From assembly GCA_951406725.2 (NCBI GenBank), contig OX597817.1:108438001-108502000 (forward strand): a stretch of DNA of 64,000 nt, read 5' to 3'. This DNA comes from Octopus vulgaris. Its lineage: Eukaryota. Positions 38,501-52,400 of this stretch are shown here, piece by piece (within the stretch, counting starts at the first letter, position 1; each line of letters opens with the position of its first letter). The notes under the pieces were generated by a model that saw nothing but the letters and a program-made list of their open reading frames with translations, searched no databases and had not been told where the DNA came from. A program made the position numbers and the translations under genes.

Positions 38501-39704
38501 TATAAAAAACATCTGATAGCCTGGGCGATACAGTGACACAGTGATTATAGAATATGAGAATGATAGGAATACCCCTTTTGGGCAAAATTCCTGTATTGTA
38601 ATAGAAAAATATCCATAGTGTATTAGCTGAGCTACCTTTATAGGCGTAGGAGTAAAATAAAGTGCTCTGTTTAAAAATATATTAAACTTTCTCGTAGAGA
38701 ACGTTGGATGTTTCACAACACATCTTCATAGACAAAACTGATGTGCTTTCAGATCAACTCCATCCCTCTCTTGTATTCTATAACGTTAACAGACTTCTTC
38801 ACTTGTTAGCTACTCAAGGATAAATTTATGCTGTAATTTTAATTTTGAACGATACATAGTTCATTGAAATGTATTATTTTGGATTATTTCTAATGAATTG
38901 GAGGCATCGATCATTCTTAGAAGTTAATCATGTATGACACTATAAACAGCATAAATGCTTGTATAACTGTAATATAAGATGCAGTTAACTGCTAATTATT
39001 ACAGTCAGAGTATTTGAATGGATAGAGAAAAATCTCAGCAGTCTTTCATTGATTCTTTCTTTCATTCTTTCCTCCATCATTCTTCAGAAACGACTTTCTC
39101 TTACAACGACTATAATCGCCTTTTTATTAATTAACGTCTGTAGAATTTTCACTTATTACATTACTGCTTATTTAACCTGATTATAACCCTGAGTCGTCAT
39201 GACTTTTCTATGAATGTAATATAATGAATGTCTCTTTTTCAGTTAGAATTTAAAGGAAGACTTGAATAAGAGTGCAGAATTTCGTACCATTGGTTTCAAA
39301 TTTTGGCAGCAAATTTCAGTATGGCGGGGGGTTGATCAAATCGACCCCAATGCTCAATTGGTGTGTCTTTTATCGACCCCGAAAGGGAGAAAGGCAAAGT
39401 CGACTTCAGCGGAATTTGAACTCAGAACGTAAAGACGGACGAAGCGCCGCCTAGCATTTTGCCCAGCTTGCTAACGATTCGGTTAGTTCACTGCCGGAAT
39501 CAAATATACATGGTTTCTGAGTACGATAGGGCTCGAATGTTTCCCTTGCTGTCATATTCATCCACAGAAATAGCGCTACTAAACTTATAATATCGACTTA
39601 TAAATTATTACAATTCTTTTAGATTACGTTATATATCTCTGCCATCACGTTTGTGTTTTAATCTCCCCAGATTTTTTTTATTTCCATTTCACTATTGGCT
39701 TCTA

Positions 39705-41645
39705 TCTATATTTATATAAGACAGTTTGTATGTGTGTGTGTGCGCGCGCGTATGTTCCGTATGCATTCCAAACCCGAGTTGCTGATTTTCATGTAAGGGG
39801 TATCAAAAGATTCACCAAGGTTTTGGTTACCAACTAAACTATATTTTCATTCGAATATTTGCATTACAAAAAATTAACATTATCATTTTTCTTTTAGTCA
39901 CCTATCGACATTTTATATCACCACCAAAAGGACGATGACGTCACATTTTCTATATGCGTGTGTTCGCACGTTCGTTACCTACATTAGGCCGATGACTGAC
40001 AAGTATATGTGTGTGACGGTGTATGTATCTGTCAGAATACACACATTTTTGTGGCGATTGACACACACACATCTAAAGACAGAAACAGACACGAACAGGG
40101 ACAGAGATAGGCTTCTCGTGTGCGTTAATGTATGTGTGTGTGTCTCTTAGTTTATGTATGCAACTTCCCCTCCCCCAAGAGTGAAACGCGTGGACATTGA
40201 AAGTTCACTTGCGGCTTGGACTTCAAACAAACAACATTTACTTTCAAGTACTACCAACATGAATATTTACCTCCACTCACAATATTCTCAAATATATCTG
40301 AAAAATATATTATTTTGGTTATTATAACAAATTCGGAAACTTGGCGAAGTAGAAAGCCTCAGCGGCTCTTTCAATATAATTACAGAAATGTTATTCCACT
40401 CCTTCTAACCAGTTTCAAGATAATGTTTTTTTCTTAACAGTCCTTGTGTTCTTCATCACTGTGAATGTCAAAGTCGCACAACCTTTTTACTACGTTACTC
40501 AGTATCTATTCTACAGCCTTTAATGTTACATAGTTCAAAAACAGCATCTTACTTTTTATTCACTTTGTTTAGCATTCGTTTCAAAATTGTAAAATAAATT
40601 ATTTTTGTGTATAAAACTGAATTATGCCTTCTGAATTTTCTTGGACTTGCACTTTCTTCACCGTCACATTCATTTAATCGTGAATTTTATAACATTTAGT
40701 ATATGTTCTAAATAAATGTCAACTTTTTGTACTTTTTTTACATTGGTGACACATACAAACATTTGCTAAATTGCTAAATTTTTTATAGCCTAACTATGCT
40801 ACACAAAGTATGTTTTGCACCTATATTGTCTACATTTCGTGTGTGTACCTTTTGCTCTTTTCAGTATCAATTCTATGAGTGTGTGTTTCTGCGTTCGTTA
40901 CGTCTATAGTAAAGAACACTTTACGCTGTTTTAATGAGCCCACATTTAATGAAGCAGCCATCCTTATGGTTGGTGATCCCATTAAAAATCATGATATTCT
41001 CATTCGTGTTCAAGATAACAACCTTAAATGTGTTTTACAGATTCATCTCTCTTATGATGTTCTCCAGTATAATCTTATTCTGTGGAATGGACAAGATGGG
41101 TATCATTTCAATATTCCTCGGATTGAACCTGCAACAGGATAGCCAATTACAAACAAAAGGGTCTCACTCTCTCCACACACACAAAAATGAAACACATTTC
41201 GGCTCCAAAAATTGCAAAGGGAAAATCTATTCGGGATTATATATATTATATGCAGTGATTTTAAGAAGTAGGAAAAGGATATTTTGTTAATATTAAACTT
41301 TTACTCCGTTTCACACATGCATGCAAAAACTCTATTGTGTTTTTTTAGATGAATTTATCGTTTGTTATCTCTCCGCTCTTCGTTCCCACTAACTTCTATA
41401 ACATCTGCATTTTCACTTATTCATTTCAAACTTCTTTGAATTTTCAACTTAATGTAATTCACTCCCTCAAAAACGTAAAATGTTACCTAAAATTATTGGT
41501 AAAGAAAGAAATAGCAAAAAATATTTGAAAATGTGGGTGGGGGTGAAGTTTTTGTGGGTTTCATAGTACAGTTGTTTTTTAACTACTCCCCATATCTTGT
41601 CACCTTACAAACCTCATTGCAATATTGAATATAGGGATGCTTAGT
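39705..41645 (+). mobile_element. Internally deleted Helitron with RepHel fragment
   Basis: 5' A|TCTATATTTATATAAG. ORF 40879..41142 FNEPTFNEAAILMVGD..DILIRVQDNNLK..HLSYDVLQYNLILWNGQDGYHFNIP matches the Helitron RepHel motif (N.PT..EVA..RDI..H.SYD.LQYPL.F..G.DG). The 3' end is degenerate and approximate. Confidence 0.75.
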
Positions 41646-43239
41646 TGGTAGAAACAGCAGACAGCATCACTACATATTATACAGTGTTTGGATTTGTCTA
41701 TGTTCTGAACTAAAATGCATTCCACGAGGATGATATTTTGTCTGTCCAGGCTCGATTAGCCTTACAAAACCAGCTATGTACTGAGACTGATTCAATTGCT
41801 TATATTCCTCCCCTATATATTTACAGCTTTGAAACAACGTCGGAAATAATTTCCACTTTCACAAGAACTGGCAACACTATGGGACGATTTCTTTGGATAT
41901 ACTTTCTTTAGTAACATTTTACGCTTTAAATTTGCAGGTGTTGATTGTAGCTTTAGGCCAGCCCTATGCTCCAAGGTATTCTGGGAGTGATTATGTTTGG
42001 TTAATTTTGGCCTATTATGTCTAAAATGGCTTTCTTTTAGAAAAAGCATTAGGATATAATTTGACAGTGATTTGTCTGCTATTTCTAGCGAGCCACTCCT
42101 CGAAGTAGAGGCTTCTTCATTGGCTCGATGGATATTCCCTTAGTATCAAGTAATGTTTTTTAAGGTGCCTTGTTGTAAAAATTGTCTCTATAAGTGGCAG
42201 GGCTTGTGCTTGTAACTGTATTATAACTAGTACCTATAATCTAATTATTTCGTTTTTAAAGGATATTTTCTAAAATCTATATCTTACTCGACTGAACACT
42301 TCAGAGGAAAGACAAAATTTTGTGTCCACACATATTTTGTATGATATATTTGAGATTCTTACATGCTGTTCTATTTTATTCATATGATATGGTCCTAGCA
42401 CTATTTGGCTTTGAGTTTCTTATTGTGAACTTCCAGTGATAATTACCTCGTATTTAGATGAGAAACTATGTGTAATTTGAAACACATATGTGTCTATCAT
42501 ATATTTAAAACATCCCGAATTATATCCTGCCTCTTGAAATCTACATTTAAAGTGATCGTCGGTCTTGACAATGAGGTTTCCAGTTGATTCAATCAACGGA
42601 AGAACCTGGTCGGGAAATTAATGTGCAAGTGGCTGAGCTTTAGCGTAGTTATGTACCCTTAGCGTAGTTCTTAGGCATATTCAGCGCAGCACAGTATGTG
42701 ACAAGGCTGGTCCCTTTGAAATACCGATACTACTCATTTTTAACCAGCTGAGTGGACTGGAGGAAAGTGAAAGTAAAGTGTTTTGCTCACAAACACAACC
42801 ATTACCAGGAATTGAATTCACAATCTTACGATCGTGAGGCAAATAGCACTGACCATTAAGTCACGCTTCATTTGGTGATTATATACAACCTGCAAAAACG
42901 AAATTTTGTGACCACAAAACGAAATTTTGTTCCGTCTCTTCACATTTCATTCATGCTGTGTCGACTCATAACAACTATAGATACATAACACCAATATTCT
43001 CTTTTGAAACTCTCTGCTGACGAGATATGTACTTCTACGCATTTCAGAAAGTAAATGTATATATTTTGTGGTAAATAGCCTATATTTTATGCTCTACATT
43101 TGAGCTCCATTCTTTTCGCTTATTTTAGATGGACTTAAAGTCGTAGCACAGGCTACTTGTTGAGTTGTTGTGAGCACTCAGTGAATAATTATTTCAGCTG
43201 AATTAATATTGTACTAAGTTAATATGCGTCTATTTACTG

Positions 43240-43284
<45 letters not shown>

Positions 43285-43417
43285 ATTATATACGTTATAC
43301 TATTTTTGTAATTTACTTAACCTTTACTTTTTATGGTTATTTTCATTTTAATTTTTCTAGATGGTGTAATTTAATTATTCATTTTGAATTGATAAAAGGT
43401 GTTTTTTTCTAATATTT

Positions 43418-43809
<392 letters not shown>

Positions 43810-44226
43810 GAAGTGTAGGCATTTGAAAAATACATTCAAATATAATCGGTTGAACTCCATGCATGCGAGACTCCGGTCAATCGTTTTTGCATCTAGTCCA
43901 GCAGATTGTATTTATAACAGACCATGCTGACGAGATTACAGTTTATCCTTGCGGATAATAATAATCGAAACTGATTCAGTACATGGGTAATTATTTTATT
44001 TCGTATATTTTCATTTGTCTTGTTTAATGCTTTGGTTTTGTGCTGAGTTTTATTTGAGAACATACTCTTTGTGGAGAATGGCGATTTGACGTCTATATCT
44101 AGCATGCTGAATGTCCACTTTTCGTGTTCAGTCCTTAAGTTGTATGTAAAAATATTTTAATCTTCGGATTCTTTTTAATATGCTAGACCACTGGTTTTAA
44201 TTGACTAATATCAATTTCTACCCTTA

Positions 44227-44235
<9 letters not shown>
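43810..44235 (+). mobile_element. ~425-bp HHR-containing module flanked by (TA)n (solo pLTR or retrozyme-like)
   Basis: Unique block bounded by TA tracts and carrying the HHR at 43922-43986. Confidence 0.7.
43922..43986 (+). ncRNA. Canonical type I hammerhead ribozyme
   Basis: CCATG-CTGACGA-GATTAcagtTTATCCttgcGGATAAtaaTAATC-GAAA-CTGAtTCAG-TA-CATGG: perfect core, G-C closing helix II, two-part helix II, GUA triplet. Confidence 0.92.
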
Positions 44236-44272
<37 letters not shown>

Positions 44273-44619
44273 CATACATATAAACTTACTCACTCACACA
44301 CGCACACACGCACACACATAGTCTGCAATGTAAACAGACGTCATTAAACTGGTATCTTGTTCATTTCTTTTCTCTCACTTGGTTCATTTCTTTTTTTTCC
44401 TTTGATAAAGTCTACAACCCGAAACATATCCTTTTACTCCTTTCATTGTTGTCTTTATTTATATTGAACACATTTATTTTCATGGCATACGTTTCTTTGA
44501 TTCTTATTGTTCTGTTTCATAGTTCTACGCTCTTTTTACCACGCGTTTTACTTCTCTAATTTCGTATGCTGTTCATTTGTCCCTTCTTTACTTTATAATT
44601 CACTTGATTTTATTTGTAT

Positions 44620-44672
<53 letters not shown>

Positions 44673-44854
44673 ATAGATCACTAGCCACTACATACGTTTT
44701 TCTCTCCTTGTTTCTCCCCTTCTTCCTTTCTGTGTTCCTTTTTGCGGAAGAGCGTAGGCTCGAAACGTTAAATCCTTTTTCAATTCGCGAGCGTTATACT
44801 AATACATCTGTTTGTTTTCTACACCACCTTTCTTCGTCTTTTTTTTAATTCTCC

Positions 44855-44913
<59 letters not shown>

Positions 44914-45984
44914 AATATACATATATATACGAACTATGAAATGACACCCATCAGAAGGAACGTTTCTGTGCTAATTCAAAAAGCTAAATCAATTCAGATT
45001 TCATTCCACGTGGTGGGGTGCATTTAAATATTTTGTTTTTCTATGTAATAAATCTTTCGAAGAAGACCTCCCCAAGAACACTTTAAGATGCCTTTATTCA
45101 CAATCTGTAGCAAACCTAAGCATTATAAACAAACAACAAACAAAAACAAACAGAAATTACTAAAATTGGAGCTACTTAGGCAAAGGAAAATAACAATTAG
45201 CGTATTATATTATATTCTATTTTCCTGCGGTCTGAATGAGCTTTATACAAATATTCATTTTTCCAAATAACAGTTGATAACATTTCATGCTTCTGCCCAC
45301 CACTACAAAAACAAAACAAAGCAAAAAAACCCCAAAAAACAACTACAAAAAACGTAAGCAAATTAAAGACGCCGAATAGCAAAATAGTTTAATGTAAATT
45401 GTGTAAATGATTTTCCTTGTAACCTTACGTTTGTAATAAGTAAATGTGCTGGCCAATTAGCAGCCTCACGTGATGGTTGCAGGTGCAATCTTTGTTGTCA
45501 ACGTCAGCTTATCAAAAAGACATGCCATTAAAATACTGCTACGATTCCAAGCAAATCCGTTTCGCTGGCATATTAGTAATTGGTCATGTGTCTTATAATG
45601 AAATCTAATTCTCTTATAAGATAGCAATATCCTGTTGATTATATGATACACTGATGAAACAAAGTTAGCTTTTCCTAAATAATTCTATTGTAAGAATTGG
45701 TGGTTCTACTTTATAAATTGTTAGCAGTTGCAGTATTAAAATAAAGATAAAATTTAAATGTTTGGATTCTTTTGTATAGAGGAAAGAGAAATCACAATCG
45801 CTGACGCTGGTATCATTTCCAAGTTAATTAGCAGTATAAATGATGTGAAACTACTTCAACCAGGAGGAAAATACTGTCTTACAAGCAGTCTATAAGGAAC
45901 TTATTATTTGCTTGAAATTAGTGTACACATTGCAGTGACTATATTTATTAAAGAGTTAACTGTATATAGCACATCTATACACTA

Positions 45985-46531
45985 AATATAGTCATTTGTA
46001 AGGGATAAACTATGGATTTTCTGTAGAATCCATATCCAACACTGTGAGTTACAGCGTTTCGTATAGGAATGTGTATATGTAAACAATGTGATCGAAAATA
46101 GAAAAATAGGTAATGCGCTATATGCATTTTCAAGAGTTATTCTTTGGTCATCACCACATCCAACCCATTAACTATCCACGACCACACTACTTAAATACCC
46201 ACTAACTTTAGCGATGTAACACTATTGTTAACAATTAATATCTATACAGCAGCTGCCAAGAATGTGTTTAATATGTATATTAGTCTATCAAATAGTGTTA
46301 CACGGCTAATCATAGTGGGTAATCAAACAATGTGTTCGTGGATAGTTAATGGGTTGGATGTGGTGCTGACGAAAGAGCAATAACGCTTGAAGTATGCATA
46401 TACAACCATTACCTATTTTTTCTATCTTCAATTGCATCATTTAAATAGATGTATGCATAGACAAAACGTCTTAAGTTTCAGTGCTGTCTCTTATATAAAA
46501 GCTATAGCTTATCACATAAAAATGAGAATAT
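45985..46531. mobile_element. Older fold-back element with two decayed outward-reading HHRs
   Basis: Inverted arms ~45985-46246 and ~46272-46531 (e.g. caccacatccaacccattaactatccacga / tcgtggatagttaatgggttggatgtggtg). Plus-strand HHR 46361-46408 TGGTG-CTGACGA-aagagcaataacgctt-GAAg-TATGCATA-TA-CAaCCA; mirror copy at 46114-46156. Confidence 0.8.
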
Positions 46532-47177
46532 CGCACTACTAACACAAAAAGTATGATACAATATCGACTTAAAACCTTTAATATACTTAGTAGTGTATTA
46601 TGATTGTAAAAGGAAATACTGTGTCTTCACTAGTAATTGATAATTAAAAATAGTCACTTTTTGAATTATTTATAAAACAAATTCGGAAATTCAGCAATAC
46701 TTCACGTAGTGCTAATTTATACATTCATTATTTATGTGTTCCCTTTTTTAAATTTATGTTCAGTCTTAATTTAAATATAGTATCAGAAAAGTATTTTATC
46801 TTAAAGGAATATATCTAAAACTAAAACATTGACTTCAAATTTATGTATGATATATACTCTACAATGTATATTTTGGATATCCATATGGACATGTAACATG
46901 TATATTTGGGATATTCATATGGTACACAATAGGAAGTTCATGCGTGTAGCATTTACATTTTACGGTACATACATTAAATGCATATACTGTGAAGTGTAAA
47001 TTTCTGTGTAATCTTTAATTATTTACTAGTTTCAGCCGTTGAACTGCGGCCATACAGGGGTAACACCTAAAGGATCATAGCGATTTCAGTGCTTATTTCG
47101 GCAATCTATATTTTGTTAATCGGCTAAGTTACCATTTTGAAGTAAGAACAGCTGTTATGTAAACACAAATAATTACA

Positions 47178-47450
<273 letters not shown>

Positions 47451-47740
47451 TTGTTATATATAGTAGACTTTTGGACTATTTCGACGGCCTAGGGAGTGAC
47501 GATTGACAGAATACGTAGAACATTGAATTAAATTACTTTCAGTATTTCTTCCGGTTCTGAAATTCTGCTGAAGTCAATTTTGCCTTTCATCTATTCAAGA
47601 ACAATAAAATAAAGTACCAGTCAAATACTGTGGTCTAGTGTCATCGACTAACCGTCTAGTGTCATCGACTATAAACATTTGACCATGTAACTAAATTGGT
47701 AATCATCCTACTTATAAAGTTATAAAACAAGAGCTTTTAA

Positions 47741-47968
47741 CACTTTGCCTGTCCATAGTAATTTCATAAGTTTGTGCTAAACATCTATACGTGTTTCATA
47801 CTTTTATTTAGCCCTTGATACATACGTTCTGAGAAAAATAGAGATTTTGTTTCTTGAGTCCGAAGTTATTCTGTGGGTTGAAAGAACTGGGAATGTGTAT
47901 ATGATAAATGATTGCTAGGGAAATATGTCCTGTCTTCACAACAAGCAATGGACAGGACAGGTAAAGAG
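47741..47968. mobile_element. piggyBac-like MITE (228 bp)
   Basis: TTAA|CACTTTGCCTGTCC ... GGACAGGTAAAGAG|TTAA: 14-bp TIR (12/14 match) with TTAA on both sides. Confidence 0.75.
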
Positions 47969-49594
47969 TTAAATATAAAATTGAATACGTTCTTATTTAC
48001 AGATAGTATTAAGAAATACTCGTGTAAATAGATAAAAGATATTAAGAATAGTCGATGGCATCTAAAGATTTATGTTTAAAAATATTCCAATTAATTATGA
48101 TGGAATCATAACAATACAAAATTTGTATTTTTACTTCGATTTCAATTAATTAACTGTGAATCGTGCATACAGGTTTGGTAAATTAATAAAGTTATTTCTA
48201 TCGAAATAAAATAAATAGCCGTATGATTTCATATTTATTGTTAACTGATTTAAAACTTGGAAGAACAGAGAGCAACAACTAATTTTTTCTGGTCAAAAAT
48301 ACCATTACGGGTTTCGTAAAGTAAAACTGTATATGGTTTAGAGTTGAACTAGTAAAATCAATATAGCACAAATCAGTAAAGAAAAAAAAAATAAAAGATT
48401 GGTTGCTATTAAAATTTATCTTTGCAGTGTATTATATTGTATAACCACACACACACACACACACATACGCACAAACACTCACACGCCTACACATATATAT
48501 TCTTTCATTCTGGGGTATCGCTTTGAATACTTTTTAGTCGAACGAATAGACCGCAGTCCTTATTATCGTTCTGTAAAACACACACACACACACACACACA
48601 AATATATAATCATACGATGGTCTTCTTTCAGTTTCCGTCTACCGAATCCACTCACAAGGCTTTGTTCGGCCCGAGGCTATAGAAGAAAACACTTGACAAA
48701 GATGCCACACAATGGGATTAGATCCAGAACCATGCGGTTAGGAAGCAAGCTTCTTACCACACAGCCACGCCTGTGCGCGCGCGCGCACACGCACACACAC
48801 GTACATATAATATGTATGTGTATGTATAACTAAATGATGCCTAAATTGATTCCAAATTTTGGCACAAGGCTAGCATTTAGGGGGATGTGATAAATCGTTA
48901 ACATCGACTCATGTACTCAAATGGTACTTATTTCATCGACTCTGAAAAGATGAAACGCAAAGTCGACCTAGGCGGAATTTGAACTCAGAATGTAAAGATG
49001 AACAAAACACTGCTGAACACTTTGCCCGGCGTGCTAGTGATTTTGCCAGCTCACCACCTTAAATGATGCCTCAACTAGAATGAAGTAAAACAGAATTTGA
49101 AGTAATACAAGGTTTACAGGTGTTCCAATTATTAGAACAACTTGGTTCTAGTTTTGCAGCATAATAACAGGTAATTTTAGTTATACTGACTCTTTTGATA
49201 AAATGAGCTGCAGAAAAATATTTTTGTTTTTGCTGAATCAATTATATGTGGGCAATATATTTTGAATCAAATGATATATAGAGCAATGCTGGATCATGTA
49301 GAAGTCTACCTTGCGTGAAAATGTGAATGTAGGCTGGGTAAACATCGCAGGATAGGAGTGCTATGGAGTTGGTAACTTATTCTCTTAAGGGTATTTATTG
49401 AATTATTCACATATGCGCGCGTGTGCATGCATATGCACTGACATATGTATTAATTCCAAATTTTTGTACAATGCCAGCAATTTCATGTAAAGAATGTAAA
49501 GACAGACGAAATGCCTTAAGCATTTTGCCCGGCGTGCTAACGATTTTGTCATTTCGCCGCAAAATACATTCATATATTGCATTACATTACATAC

Positions 49595-50060
49595 ATAAAG
49601 AATACTGGTGGAACCTGAAAATCAAAGCAGCTATCAAGTTAAAATAAAACCGGCCAGATATCGTTGTGTGGGACCTTATTGAAAGGGTATATTCTGTTGT
49701 GGAAATCAGCTGTCCCCTGGATAAGAAAATGGTTAGAAATTATAGAAGACATCTATGGACTATTGATAAAGTGTTTGCAAATCTAGTATCCAAGAAACAC
49801 CTTCAGCTTCATACCCATATTATTGGAGCAACAAGATACACACCAACCCGCCCGAAGCAAAGTGTGGCTGAACTTGGAATCTTGGGGAGAGAATGCAAAT
49901 TCTTAATTCATACGGTACACATAATCACAATAACTGGGACTATAAAAATCTGCAAAACCTTCTTAAGATTAAAAGGATGACAGTTATAACAAGATACTTT
50001 CCTTCATAACCTTGTTACCATGTAGGTGGCCGGGCAAAATTTACTCTAAATTAAAAAGAG
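49595..50060 (+). mobile_element. 3' end of a restriction-like-endonuclease non-LTR retrotransposon (R4/Dong/NeSL-type)
   Basis: KEYWWNLKIK...NRPDIVVWD...VVEISCPLD (PD..D/E motif) ... GTIKICKTFL*, with short TACA/TTCA repeats on both sides. Confidence 0.75.
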
Positions 50061-50934
50061 AAAGAGAACATTCATTCATACCTACACACCTACAGACAAC
50101 TTGAGCAGATGAATTTTATAGAAGCATGTATCTTAATTTTGGACTTACTACTATACACAATCTCAGACTTAATAATATATGCAAAATATAAATAAATAAC
50201 ATAAATATTATCAGATAGTATTATTCTTCATAAATAAGTAGACACACATACAAAACATAAAACGCAAACACATATATACACGTATGAATGTTATTTGTAT
50301 TAAAACTATTCAGTATTTGATAAAGTTGTCTTGTGACTTCCGTGCATATAAACAACTTAGATTTATAAAGATATGACTATACAATATACATAACTTTAAA
50401 CTTAATTATCTTTTGTAGAGTTGTGTCAGATCAATAATAATGGTATGTTTGTAAATTACATTTTAGCAACGACAGGTTAATATATGCTAAAACACTTGTA
50501 TTAGCTAATAAATATTTGTTTTTAGGAAATGTAATGCAGTCAAGTTAAACCGTAAAGTTAAGAAAGAAAGAAGTACGTTAAAATAATGTAACAGAAAATA
50601 TGCAAATTTGTATAGTTTGAAATAATTATTTTTGTAAATGAAAGTCTGAAAGAGAAGTTGTAAGCTATACGTTCAATAATTAAAATTGATTATCTTTTAT
50701 TTGTTTCAATCACTGGACTGCGGTCATGCTGGGGCCCCACACTGAAAGGTCTTGGTGGAAATAGATCTACGCATGTAGCTATTTATTTTTAGGTCATGAC
50801 TCTCTTTTGCCGAACCGTTAGATTACGGGGACATAAGCAAACCAGCACCGGTTGTTAGGCTGTGTAGGGGATCAGATTAGACTGACACAAAGATACATAC
50901 ACATCCATATATAATAGATTCCCACACAGCATAC

Positions 50935-52400
50935 TTATATTTTTAGCATCAGAAGTTGGATTTGTCCCTTTAAGAGGCATTTCCGTAGGGAAGTTCTTAA
51001 ATGTATATCCACCTCTTTTCTACAGATAATTTTGCAGATTGTAATGATTATTTGCTCACCGAAATATGGCAGCATTAGGAAACAGGTATTAGGAAAGTTT
51101 ATCCATTTTTTTTTTGTGTTTGGGAACATTAGTGATGATGGGCAGCCGTTAACCTGCATCATTATATTAAATGTGAAACGGCTTTTACTTCTTCATGCAG
51201 CAAATTTATCACCTTCTACTATCAATGAAAACGCAGAAATTTGAACGAAAACACAAGATTAGACCCATTAGACTCAATTTTACTAGCTGCGAAGAACTAT
51301 ACACAAAATTTCTTGGCTTCATTCTTTGTTCTTTAAGCCTTTCTTGAAACCTTTCTTAGATCTGTCAATAGACTTAATGGCGCCATGCAAAGACATGAGC
51401 AACTCAATCCCAATACACTAAAACACTATAGATATGTTTCTAGCTATGACGTAGTATCCCTCTACATCTCGATCTCTGCTCCCCTGTTTTATTTGTACTT
51501 ATACTTGCAGCGGCTATCAACCGGGCGGTGGTGGTGGACTTAGCCGGCTCTGACCAACGAGTAGACTTCATGATCGGGATTTCGGTGGGAATATAAGTTC
51601 ACATATGGTCTCCGGTCACATGCATACACACTTTGAGATAGTGTGATCCGTAGCAGCTCATCTTGCCGTCGATTGTCGACCATCGCAGAGGATTCGCTAA
51701 GTCGCCGCCGATTATCTGAGCAGACATAGCTTAGATTTGAATCGGGTTATTGAGATATGCTTTAACAAAAGCTCACGAGTTCCTCACTCCCTGTGGTTTT
51801 CCAGTATGCCAGATACCAACCCAGAATTTCTGAGGGCCTGTGCTATTGCTAGATAGTCGTTAAACCTATACTAGAGACTGGGTTCATCCATTCTTTTACA
51901 GGCCTTACTTTGAGTCTTGCCGGGTTTCTTGCAACCCTCTTCATCAGACAGACCTAGTTGGGGTGCCCGTTTACTTGCCAACGACCGGACTATATATTGG
52001 GTTATACTGGATTCCATGCTACCAGAAGCACTCATGAAAAACCTCATAAGCCACCTAATACAGAGTCTCCTATCTATCAAACTACTTTCCGATTGTTTCT
52101 TTCTTGCAATCTATATAGCCTTTACCTAATTCACTTAAACATCCGTCAATTCCACTTCATCATCATATACAACGCATACCTCAACATCTTCAGCCTCTCG
52201 TACAAATAGGTCTGAGATCTACCCATATGATCCAGGCTGTGAGACTATTGGTTTGTACATAAACGGACCAGTGGAAAGCAGAACGTTTAATACCTGCCAC
52301 TCTTGTCTTCTCCAACAGATATGCAGATGACATCCTTATCTGACCATATGCAATATATTTGTTAATATTCATAACTATAGCGGTTTCAGTGCAGAACAAC
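50935..52400. mobile_element. Decayed Penelope-like RT in two head-to-head pieces, interrupted by unrelated DNA (~51485-52060)
   Basis: Plus strand SYDVVSLYISI (51442-51474; PLE SFDVVSLYTNIP motif) and FSNRYADDILI (~52308-52340). Minus strand ORF 50935..51162 VNGCPSS..LPYFGEQ..TSLRKCL resembles the PLE post-RT NGYP/LPY region. Confidence 0.65.
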
